A stretch of DNA of 64,000 bases. Source: Oligoflexia bacterium. Its GTDB lineage: Bacteria; Bdellovibrionota; UBA1018. Both the position numbers and the translations under genes were made by a program. The stretch spans positions 1,280,001 through 1,344,000 of the forward strand of contig CAVWVI010000003.1 of NCBI GenBank assembly GCA_963758495.1, read 5' to 3'. Shown one piece after another: positions 20,007 through 28,436 of the stretch. The stretch's first letter is position 1. Each line of letters starts with the position of its first letter. Under the pieces are notes generated by a model that saw nothing but the letters and a program-made list of their open reading frames with translations, had not been told where the DNA came from and searched no databases.

Positions 20007-20333
20007 ATGAGTAAAAAACTCTATGTTGGTAATTTACCGTTTACAACCACAGATCAAGATTTAAATGAAATTTTCACTCAGGCAGGCGAAGTCGCCTCGG
20101 CTAAAGTCATCATGGATCGTGACTCAGGTCGATCCAAAGGTTTTGGTTTTGTTGAGATGAATTCCGCTTCTGATGCTCTCAATGCAATTTCGCAATTTAA
20201 CGGTGCTCAGCTCAATGGTCGGCCGTTAACTGTCAACGAAGCTCGTCCCATGACTCCCCGAGATTCTAATGCCGGTGGGTACGGTAATAGCCGTAACAAT
20301 GAACGTAACAATGAACGTAACAACCGTTGGTAA
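20007..20333 (+). CDS. RRM RNA-binding protein
   Basis: RNP2 LYVGNL, RNP1 KGFGFVEM; RBS AGGAGG; C-terminal RNNE repeats from a 12-bp tandem repeat (20292-20323). Confidence 0.95.
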   Translation: MSKKLYVGNLPFTTTDQDLNEIFTQAGEVASAKVIMDRDSGRSKGFGFVEMNSASDALNAISQFNGAQLNGRPLTVNEARPMTPRDSNAGGYGNSRNNERNNERNNRW

Positions 20334-20339
20334 AATACC

Positions 20340-20603
20340 TTGTCACGCGAAGATTTAGCTCAAGTCGATGGAGTCATTTTGGATGTCTTAGCAGGGGGTA
20401 ACTTCACCGTTCAACTTCCCAACGGACAAACTATTTCCGCTAAACTTTCTGGCAGAATGAGAAAATTCCATATCCGCGTTATCCTTGGAGATCGGGTCAC
20501 CGTAGGCGTTAGCCCTTACGATCCAACGCATGGACTCATTTTACACCGCCATAAAGCCGGTAGCAGTCCGCCATCGCAGGGGTTTGGCTCGGCTGCGCAT
20601 TAA
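20340..20603 (+). CDS. infA: Translation initiation factor IF-1
   Basis: SGRMRKFHIRVILGDRVTV.VSPYD..HGLI; TTG start. Confidence 0.9.
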   Translation: MSREDLAQVDGVILDVLAGGNFTVQLPNGQTISAKLSGRMRKFHIRVILGDRVTVGVSPYDPTHGLILHRHKAGSSPPSQGFGSAAH

Positions 20604-20647
20604 TCAGCAAAGTTTAATTCTTTATTCTTAATATTTCATATAATAAT

Positions 20648-20712
20648 CCACATATTTAGCTACTGTTGAATAAGTCATTCAATATAGCCAAATATGTGGT
20701 TTTTTTATTTTT
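20648..20712 (+). terminator. Long hairpin followed by a T-tract downstream of infA
   Basis: CCACATATTTAGCTA...TAGCCAAATATGTGG with inner TTGAAT/ATTCAA, then TTTTTTT. Confidence 0.65.
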
Positions 20713-20748
20713 ACTTTTTCTTTTGAATAAATTTTAAATTAGCAGTTA

Positions 20749-21054
20749 TTAACCTGCCTTTTTTGCATGAGTACTTCGACTCAGTTTCCTGATCTGCAAT
20801 CTACGATCAAGAGCATCACTGACGAGTGTTTTGATAACCGCTTGCCGACTAACATTAAGCCTTCGCGCTTCTGCGTCTAATTCTGAAAGCATTTCAGTAG
20901 TAAAATCCACGTTAACCCGCTGAATATCTTCTCTTGGAACCCCTGGCCTCATTTCCCATTTTTCACTAAAGAATCGCGTTATATCTTCACCTCTGTCAGC
21001 CATTTCAGCAATTTCATCTGGTGTTGGTACTTTTTTCTTACCGCTCTTCTTCAT
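20749..21054 (-). CDS. CopG/RHH antitoxin (BrnA-like)
   Basis: DRGEDITRFF, QRVNVDF...LDAEARRLNVSRQAVIK; overlaps the stop of the toxin remnant. Confidence 0.8.
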   Translation of the reverse strand: MKKSGKKKVPTPDEIAEMADRGEDITRFFSEKWEMRPGVPREDIQRVNVDFTTEMLSELDAEARRLNVSRQAVIKTLVSDALDRRLQIRKLSRSTHAKKAG

Positions 21055-21164
21055 AAATTTTCCTTTCCACCAAAGTAGACTTCCAAAGAGTTACTAAATG
21101 GTATAATACTCACCTTCAATGTCAGTTCGAACTTCAAAAATAACAGAGTAGAGATTAGATTTTG
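21038..21164 (-). pseudogene. BrnT-like toxin, 3' half
   Basis: AKSNLYSVIFEVRTDIEGEYY / frameshift near 21100 / HLVTLWKSTLVERKIYEEER*. Confidence 0.75.
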
Positions 21165-21400
21165 CCGCTCTTCTTAATCTATACAAATCTGGATACGATC
21201 GAGTTTAGATTAAGACGTCTGGTTTAACCAGCACATTGAATTTCTTGGGGTTGCGATTGAACGCATCCACTGGCCCGCGAGACGTGAATCCCACTACCGT
21301 GGAACCGCCAAGCCCATCTCTGAGTGGGCTGGAGAATTTTTTCTTTCTCCACTTTCTCCCAGAGTTGGCCCGAGCAAGGCACCTGTAATATTTTTATTTC
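21165..21400 (-). ncRNA. Predicted TnpB omegaRNA/reRNA scaffold region (5' boundary uncertain)
   Basis: Position at tnpB 3' end and right end; hairpins GCCCA..TGGGC and perfect 10-bp IR TCTTAATCTA/TAGATTAAGA (21172-21181, 21206-21215); inferred from known TnpB architecture. Confidence 0.5.
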
Positions 21401-22326
21401 CTGAGCAACTTTTTTAAACCCATTCATGGCGGCATTCTCATCCCTGATGTGATGAGTTTTACATTGGCCACATTGCCATTGTCTCACCGAAGGGTCTTGA
21501 GTCGGGCCTGTGGGGTGATCACATTGGGAACAGGTTTTTGTGCTCTTAGCTTCATCCCACTCAAAGTAGTTCTTCCCTTCACGGGTACAAACCCAGCTCA
21601 AAGTTTGCTTGAACTTCCCAATTTGACTTTGGTTATTCATAGAGCGCCTCATTCCAGTGGAGATCCCTCCCCCACGAGGAGTGTAGTCGCCTACTGCAAT
21701 AAAATCATAGCGTTTCACCAGAGCATTGGAGATTGCATAGAGGGCTGACTTAATCTTTTCTCGTTTCACCCGATACAACTCATCCAAGTATTTTTGAAAG
21801 AACTTCCATCTTCGGGATGGTCGCGTCATCTTACTTCCATCTTCTCTTTTTATTAAAACTGAGTTTTTATTACATCGATCTCTCCTTGCTTTAATTTCAT
21901 CTATTCTTTGATCCAAAGACTTTACGAACCAAAGATTTTCAATTTCGACCCCATTGGCTTCCGTATCAATGAGATATCCTAGATTTTTATGGTTGGGATC
22001 TATGACTGCTACTGAGTTTATTTCGGCAATCGGAGCAGGCATTGTTTTATTGATGCTCAGGTAGCTGACGAACAAGCCCCTTCTTTTTTAATTCGAATGC
22101 CAGTGAATGAAAGAAGCTTTCGAATCGAGAGTAACTTTTCTTTGGATTTTTCTTTTTTCTTCTGTGCCTTCATTCTTTTATGCTCTTTTTCCGCATGAAG
22201 AAGTTGATCCGCTACGGACTCAGGCATCTCTTGAATCTCGATCCTATGCTTCAGGGGGCCTTCCTTGTTTTCACCTAACGATAAATCTAAGTACCATTGA
22301 TGGTTCACTCGCTTGATGCTGTACCC
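21224..22326 (-). CDS. tnpB: TnpB RNA-guided nuclease, exon 2 (1-nt frameshift at G4 run 22077-22080)
   Basis: GYSIKRVNHQWYLDLSLG..., RuvC-I VIDPN, RuvC-II IAVGDY, WDEAKSTKTCSQC, CGQC, RuvC-III RDENAAMN. Confidence 0.85.
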
Positions 22327-24739
22327 GTCGAGTAAGAGGGATGTATTGCTACATCCCCCTCCTCTCAGAACCGTACGTGATACTTATCGCATCATACGGC
22401 TCAAGCAGATTGCTCACTTCTTTTAAAGTTATCTTTAGTTTCTTTAAGGTTCTGTCGGCGATGTTTGTTTCTGAGTTGCTGACAGTCGTAGTGCATGAGG
22501 TAACGGTTCTCAGCTAGTGGAGAGCCTCCAACTTTAGGACGAATAATTGGATATTCAAGAAGCCCTTCTCCGTTCAGTAAATCATTCCCACATTCTGGGC
22601 AGCGGAATTCCTGCCTTTTTGCGAGGATTTTCTGCTGTGGTTTGAGGTTCTTGATGTCTTTTCGTTTCCGTGATTCCCAATATGATTTTAGGCTCGGATC
22701 GTCAGGAGAAGAGCTTCCTTTGACCAACGTATGACGTTCAATAGGAAACCAATTGAATCGTAACATGTAGGCTCCGGTTTCTTTATCCCCGAATACCCAT
22801 TTATCGTTACGCTTTTCATTGAATTTCCCCCAGTATCTATTGCGCATCCATCGCATTGATTTATTGGGGTGTCGATATTTTACATATCGCATTTCCCGTT
22901 TGAACATCCAATTATCCATCTTACCGAAGATACGTTTTGCACAACTGGTTCTGAAGTAATTAGCCCACCCACGAATGATAGAGTTGAATTTTCCTATTAT
23001 CTCAATGGGAGAGTTCCCTTTCATTGAAAGCCATTTATCCTTCAGGTTCTTGCGAAGCTTCATTATGGATGCTTTGCTAGGCTTGATGATCAATTTCTTT
23101 CCAGATCGAGATGAACGAGGTGTGCTATATTGTCGGACATTGAAACCTAGAAAATCAAATCCTTCGGAGATGTGGACTATTCGTGTCTTTTCCTCCGAGA
23201 ATTGAAGTCCTCTTGGTCTTAACCAGTTATCGAGGATCTTACGTGATTTTTCAGCTTCTTCTTTGGATTCACAGAGCACGACTAAATCATCCGCGTATAT
23301 GATCACATCCCTTTTGGGCGAGCCATATTCTACGAATTTGTTATATCTCTGTGAATACCTTTGTTCCTTCAACGCATCTCCGATGCCGTGCAGGGCTATA
23401 TTTAATAATAATGGACTAATGACCCCTCCTTGTGGTGTCCCACTTTCAGTAGGGTTCCATTCCCCATCTTCCATGTATCCTGCTTTTAACCATTGTTTTA
23501 TCAATTCTCTTCCGGGAAATCCCGCAATGGTTTTCAGAAGAAATTCATGATTTATTTCATTAAATGCTCCCTTGAGATCGGCGTCTAAGATCCATTCTCT
23601 TTTGCCTTTACTTGGACGTACGTATCCAAATATTTTCTCTATAGCATCATGACAGCCCCGTCCTGGTCGAAATCCGTAGCATGATCCTTCGAATTTAGCC
23701 TCCCAGTATGGTTCAAGTGCATTCTTGACCATAGCTTGAAGAGAGCGATCGAGAATCACCGGAATTCCTAACGGATGGGGTTGCTTGTTTGCTTTTGGGA
23801 TATATACTCTTCTAGTTGGTTTAGCCTTCCAGAGAGTGTATTCTGATAGAGTATTCAGCAGTTGTCCTCTTTCAAAAGAGTCTTTTGCTACCACCTTATC
23901 GATTCCAGGTGTTTTCTTTCCAGAATTAATTTGCGTTACTCTCCTTACGCTTATAGCGCTGTTGGAGCGTGATCGCAGCATTAGTTTCTGTAGAGATCGT
24001 ACCTTTTTTAGATCTCCTGCTTGAGAAGCCCGAAAGATCCGGTGTCTTAGATTTCTTACAATTCGATTGGCCTCATCCCACTGGATAGATTCCCATTCAA
24101 TTTGTTCTTTGGTTACATTTGCTTGTCTTTTAACTCGCATCTAACTTTTCCCATAAGATTTAGAAACTTCACACCTTACTTTGGACAATCCACCAGACCC
24201 ACGTTAGCTCCCTTTTCAGGGCGGGTATTTTTTTTTCCCTATCTACCGAGTTATGTATTTCTCTTACCTTTCGGTTGGTAGCATTTGCTTCTTAGGTCCT
24301 CCTGTCCCCCAATGAGAATTAGATCTTTCTTGCGATCGACTTACCGAGTTATCTCGGACTCATTTGGGATTCCACGTTCCGCACATATGAGATTCGATAG
24401 GGTTGGGTTTCTTCTGTACTGCGGGAGCTTTGGTGTCTGTGCGCCTTCGCTAACAAGAAGGCTTTCATTTTGGGCTTCTCAACCCCTGCTCCATTTCAAT
24501 CGTCTTTAATTAGCCATCTTCCGATTGTTCGAATTATCGCAGCTTCATCGAAGATTTATTTGCATTAACCCTTTCTATCTTCCTCTAATCTGGTCTCCTA
24601 TTATGGTTATAGGGTCCTTAGACATTACTTCTCGCTTAGAACCCCACTGTTACCAGTGGCGCTCCGGGAAGTGAGGATATACCTAGACACTGGTATAGAG
24701 GCGTTAACCTCACTCATGGTGAGCGACCTCGTGTCGCAC
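22327..24739 (-). mobile_element. Group II intron (2413 nt), probably IIB/chloroplast-like class
   Basis: 5' GTGCG at 24739; domain V GAGCCGTATGATGCGATAAGTATCACGTACGGTTC 22402-22368; domain VI with bulged A at 22333; 3' end ACTCGAC; removal rejoins tnpB in frame. Confidence 0.92.
22401..24140 (-). CDS. ltrA: Group II intron reverse transcriptase/maturase with degenerate HNH domain
   Basis: NSGKKTPGID, PLGIP..DR, SCYGFRPGRGCHDA, GTPQGGVISPLL.NI, YADD, GFDFLGF, GWANYF; C-terminal CPEC. Confidence 0.95.
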   Translation of the reverse strand: MRVKRQANVTKEQIEWESIQWDEANRIVRNLRHRIFRASQAGDLKKVRSLQKLMLRSRSNSAISVRRVTQINSGKKTPGIDKVVAKDSFERGQLLNTLSEYTLWKAKPTRRVYIPKANKQPHPLGIPVILDRSLQAMVKNALEPYWEAKFEGSCYGFRPGRGCHDAIEKIFGYVRPSKGKREWILDADLKGAFNEINHEFLLKTIAGFPGRELIKQWLKAGYMEDGEWNPTESGTPQGGVISPLLLNIALHGIGDALKEQRYSQRYNKFVEYGSPKRDVIIYADDLVVLCESKEEAEKSRKILDNWLRPRGLQFSEEKTRIVHISEGFDFLGFNVRQYSTPRSSRSGKKLIIKPSKASIMKLRKNLKDKWLSMKGNSPIEIIGKFNSIIRGWANYFRTSCAKRIFGKMDNWMFKREMRYVKYRHPNKSMRWMRNRYWGKFNEKRNDKWVFGDKETGAYMLRFNWFPIERHTLVKGSSSPDDPSLKSYWESRKRKDIKNLKPQQKILAKRQEFRCPECGNDLLNGEGLLEYPIIRPKVGGSPLAENRYLMHYDCQQLRNKHRRQNLKETKDNFKRSEQSA

Positions 24740-25141
24740 GTTTGCATATTCATCATATTCCAAAGAAAAGAACTTTTTCTTGGACGAGCGAAACTTCGGC
24801 CACCCTACATTTTGTTGCTGATTCTTCGGAAGCTTACGATTTTTTTGAAATCGTTGAATCGATCGAGATAGTCTTAAAGCTGCATTTTTTAAGGGCGCAC
24901 AATGAGAGGTTAGTAAAAAAGGGTGTTCTTTCTTTAGACCAGGTACCAAATTTCTAAGTCCACGTTTCGTGTAAACCGTTTGCGATGCCTCAGAAGAACC
25001 TGTGAGCTTAAACGCTTCTTTCTCCTGATTGGCTCGTTCCAGAAGACGATTGTAAAGCCAATTGCAGATCCTTGACTGACCCTCCAAGGAGTACTCCTGC
25101 TCGGGAGTGAGGTTCAGGGGAATTTTAACCGCAAGCTTCAT
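24740..25141 (-). CDS. tnpB: TnpB exon 1 (134 aa)
   Basis: N-terminal HTH CNWLYNRLL, LKNAALRL..SIQRF, GWPKFRS; ends ...EYDEYAN at the intron boundary. Confidence 0.85.
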
Positions 25142-25745
25142 CAGCAGCCTCTTTCAATGCTTGTACAATTTTTTTATTCTTGTGGCTTCTGGCTCCATAG
25201 AGTCTCGCCGAAAAAACTGTGATGATCTCAAGCACGTCTTGGGCCAACTCTTCTTCAAACGAAAGTTCACTGCTCGCATTCATGATCACTACTTCAGTTT
25301 GAAACTGCTCACAAAGAGAAAATACAAGCTCAGATCCGAATCGTAAAAGGCGATCTTTGTGGGTCAATACAAGCCGATCGACTTCTCCTGAACAGATCTT
25401 TTTCATCAAAAGTCTGAGGTTCTTTTTTTGGAAGTTGAGTCCAGATCCCAGATCACTCAATACTTCATACTGCCAACCTCGAGCTGAACAAAACGACTCA
25501 AGCAATTGAATCTGGCGCTTCAAATCCGAAGTCTGATCTCGACCCGATACACGAGCATAACCAATTGTGCGACGAGCATCCTTCAAAATAGGTCCTGTCG
25601 ATCGAGTTCCAAAGGAAGTTAAATCATATCTTCGATGTCCTCCTGGAGTGCGTTCAGACTGAATTTTTCCGTCCGCTTCCCATCTACGAAGAGTCTCAAT
25701 AGTCACACCTAAAGCCTTAGCTGCTTGGTTTATACTGACTCGCAT
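25125..25745 (-). CDS. tnpA: IS607 serine-recombinase transposase
   Basis: MerR-like HTH (AAKALGVTIETLRRWE, RTPGGHRRY), YARVS catalytic Ser, DLGSGLN, KDRLLRFG, FSARLYG. Confidence 0.95.
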   Translation of the reverse strand: MRVSINQAAKALGVTIETLRRWEADGKIQSERTPGGHRRYDLTSFGTRSTGPILKDARRTIGYARVSGRDQTSDLKRQIQLLESFCSARGWQYEVLSDLGSGLNFQKKNLRLLMKKICSGEVDRLVLTHKDRLLRFGSELVFSLCEQFQTEVVIMNASSELSFEEELAQDVLEIITVFSARLYGARSHKNKKIVQALKEAADEACG

Positions 25746-25815
25746 GATTTCATTGCATTACTTATTTTTATAGATTTGTCTAGATAAGACTATATTTTTT
25801 GATGCTGTTTTATAA

Positions 25816-25963
25816 CCCTTCCTATAGCAATGAATTGCTCTGGATCATCTGAACGATAGTTGACGCAATGAGGACCATAGAAAAGCTCCTTCACTTCCTC
25901 AAATCCGATACCTCGTGTTCTTCGGACTAATTCACTTTTTACCATATCAAATTTAAACCGCAC
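25816..25963 (-). pseudogene. BrnT-like toxin, 5' half
   Basis: GTG start: MRFKFDMVKSELVRRTRGIGFEEVKELFYGPHCVNYRSDDPEQFIAIGR, ending at the IS607 left end. Confidence 0.75.
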
Positions 25964-26039
25964 ACAAAAATGGTATAACAGATATACTATAATTGCAACG
26001 CCCAGAGCTGATGACTCATTCTCATAAAAACTTGTCCTA

Positions 26040-26641
26040 CCGACATCGAGGCCATACCTGGGGCACTCCGAGCGACTTAATGGAGGGGCTTATTTTGGCT
26101 GGTGAGACACTTACGAGAGCCTTCTTTGCAATAAAACGGAACCACAATCCGTCTACCCATGGAGGAGGTGCCTCGTTTTGTTCCGCTTTGGAGTTTGGGG
26201 TAGTGAGATGTGAGGTGTGGTGATACCAGGGGATATTTATTATTTATATTAAGTTTAGTATGCGCTCTTTTAGATAACTTCTCCTATGAGTTGCCTAAAA
26301 CCTGAAATAAAGAAGTGACCTACCGGCTAGTTGGTCAGTTTATTTCACATTCCAAGAAAAATATCGTTGAAGCACTTTGTGCGCGTTCCGCAGGCAAAAA
26401 GAAATATTGTTTATAGAAGGAATGAGACTGGAAAGCCTTACAACACCCCATAACTCACTGCCACTACTTCCAATAACGCACCTCTCCACTTTCTCCATAG
26501 AAAAACAAAACGAGCCCCCCTTGGCAAGCCGGATTGCGGTCCCGTTTTATTGCAAAGAAGGCTCTCGTAAGTGTCTCACCAGCCAAAATAAGCCCCTCCA
26601 TTAAGTCGCTCGGAGTGCTTCAGTATGACCTCGACGTCGGA
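26040..26641. repeat. Large inverted repeat, ~140-bp arms with a perfect 77-bp core
   Basis: 26063-26139 is the exact reverse complement of 26542-26618; diverged similarity continues on both sides. Confidence 0.9.
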
Positions 26642-26699
26642 AACGGTCGCACTGGATTGGATTCTAACTTGAATGCGGCGCGGCCGTACTTCTACCTCG

Positions 26700-26945
26700 T
26701 TTAGGTGCATCCAGAGATTCAAGCCATGAAACAAAATCGGGCTGAAGTCTGTCCCGAAAATACGACTCCACCAGACCGCTCCAGCCCAGACTGTATAGGT
26801 CATAGGGATGTAAAGGTGCGCGCATAGGGCTGGGTCCAAAACTCCAAAATTGACTGCCCTGAAAGTCGAAGAAAATGGGGGTTTTCTAAAAGTAGTTCAG
26901 AAATTCATAAGTTAAAGTTTGGCCATAAAGCGCGCATACCATAGC
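26700..26945 (-). pseudogene. Fragment of a TMTC-like glycosyltransferase N-terminus
   Basis: Across frameshifts: ALYGQTLTYEFLNY / LLENPHF...FWTQPYA / HLYIPMTYTVW...PILFHGLNLWMHL, parallel to the ORF at 6497-7060. Confidence 0.6.
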
Positions 26946-26961
26946 TGATAGCAACTCACAT

Positions 26962-27336
26962 TTATTTTTTTAGACTCGGACAATACCCAGGTCGAGGTCC
27001 GATCTTTGGAAATGACCGGCAAACTTCCGGTCTTTTTTCATAAACAGTACAGCGTCGATTTTTATCTAAATAAATGCAATCTCGGCCAGCCCTCTGCTCA
27101 AGAACAAAGAGCTGTGACTTGGCTTGAAATGCTTGGATAATTCCTTCTCGCATCAATCGTCTGGCTACTTTTTTTAAGGATTCTGCAGCCTCATCTTCAG
27201 TAATCAGCTCCAAACGCATCAGATCTCGGGCACTGACCTCCACGGGGAGGGTACAGCAACCCGACCAACAGCCCTCACACATCCCTTTTTTATACTTAAG
27301 CCAAGTTGAAGGCTCCTGAATTTGCACATGCTCCAT
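26962..27336 (-). CDS. YkgJ-family cysteine-cluster protein
   Basis: CEGCWSGCC, CIYLD..RRCTVYEKRPEVCR.FP. Confidence 0.85.
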   Translation of the reverse strand: MEHVQIQEPSTWLKYKKGMCEGCWSGCCTLPVEVSARDLMRLELITEDEAAESLKKVARRLMREGIIQAFQAKSQLFVLEQRAGRDCIYLDKNRRCTVYEKRPEVCRSFPKIGPRPGYCPSLKK

Positions 27337-27357
27337 GTAAGTAATTCCTTGCAGTAC

Positions 27358-28347
27358 TTATTTAGCAGAAGCGGGTTCGTAAATCTGCTCAAAAAGAGCC
27401 CGAGTAAATGCTCGTCTATCATTCTCACTTGCCCCACAGAACACTCCACTTGATGTCAGTTCTATATGATCTGCCTGAACAATTCCCAAATCGACTCCAA
27501 ATTCCTCTAATTCGGGTTTGAATTTTTGTGCATCAGACAATAAAAGTCCGTCGTTTTTTTGCCCTGTCGAATCGAGATTAATACCGAATATTTTCCATAA
27601 TATCCGCACTCCAATACTCAATTCTCCCTTTTCCTTATAGCTCCTTAAATAAAAGATTTTATCGGAAATTTCCTTTTGCTTTTGCGCAACGACTTCATCT
27701 CCCAGGCTTCCAAATTCTTGTTTTAAATAAAATTTAAACTCTTGAAAAGCCTTTTCAAACCGCTGCTGAGAAGCAGCTTCTTTCATTTCTTTTACTGAAT
27801 CACCCCAAAATTTCATGGTCATCGTCGACATAAAGTTCTTGTGCGGTTCAGATAAAAACGCACAGCCCCCAATGGGGGCCTGAATCAGCACTACACGGTC
27901 TACAATATTCTTTAAAATCAAGTCAGAATGTTTCAAAATCAAATAAAGAACTGCCGCTCCCCCTTTACTATGCGCCACTAGAACCAAAGGTTGACTTGTT
28001 TCTTCACTTATTTCGAGTATTTTTTTATAAAGACATTCTGCGCTTTTATTTTCAGAATACCAAGAGGAAGGCCCATAATAAGTGGCTTTCATTCCCAACT
28101 CACTTTCAACTGTCTCTTGACTTGTTTTATAGTAAACTGAATAAAAGTAATTAAATTCATTTCCAAACCCTGAAATAAAGAGGACCTGTCTCTCTTTTAA
28201 GGTATGGAGAACTTCTTCCCTCATCCCACTCATCGGACTAACCTTCTCTAGCTCCCATCTTTTAGCAAACTCATCTTGAGCGCATACCCACTGGGGTGAG
28301 AACCAAAAACTCAATACAAACAACAAGTAGAGCCACACCGCTTTCAT
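27358..28347 (-). CDS. Secreted alpha/beta hydrolase (lipase-like)
   Basis: Signal peptide, AHSKGG nucleophile elbow, NDGLL, ADH. Confidence 0.7.
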   Translation of the reverse strand: MKAVWLYLLFVLSFWFSPQWVCAQDEFAKRWELEKVSPMSGMREEVLHTLKERQVLFISGFGNEFNYFYSVYYKTSQETVESELGMKATYYGPSSWYSENKSAECLYKKILEISEETSQPLVLVAHSKGGAAVLYLILKHSDLILKNIVDRVVLIQAPIGGCAFLSEPHKNFMSTMTMKFWGDSVKEMKEAASQQRFEKAFQEFKFYLKQEFGSLGDEVVAQKQKEISDKIFYLRSYKEKGELSIGVRILWKIFGINLDSTGQKNDGLLLSDAQKFKPELEEFGVDLGIVQADHIELTSSGVFCGASENDRRAFTRALFEQIYEPASAK

Positions 28348-28436
28348 CGTGGATGGAGCATTTATGCGACCTGCCAAAAAAGTGCAAACAAAATGTGAGT
28401 CTTGACACTTTGTCTTAGACAAGACAAAAAGAGAGC

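Larger units (their letters stand above)
21165..25815 (-). mobile_element. IS607-family element (serine transposase + TnpB), 2238 bp without its intron
   Basis: Both ends abut a GG (minus strand 25817-25816 and 21166-21165); removal restores the toxin frame; related subterminal motifs at 21172-21190 and 25772-25789 in inverted orientation. Confidence 0.9.

Noticed and set aside
22057..22095. Programmed -1 frameshift in tnpB at TAAAAAAG
   Set aside because: The A-run is not phased as A-AAA-AAG in the upstream frame; a missing G in the G4 run (giving KKEGGLF) is simpler. Not fully excluded.
22401..24140. Retron, DGR or defence-associated reverse transcriptase
   Set aside because: Maturase domain, domains V/VI, GTGCG start and precise exon rejoining identify a group II intron; no template/variable repeat pair was seen.
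21165..25815. IStron (group I intron-IS607 chimera)
   Set aside because: No group I core is visible at the ends; the left end is only about 70 bp before tnpA, and the intron present is group II and internal to tnpB.
25993..26604. ORFs 25993-26223 and 26377-26604 as genes
   Set aside because: They run through the inverted-repeat arms, have weak starts and show no recognisable family.
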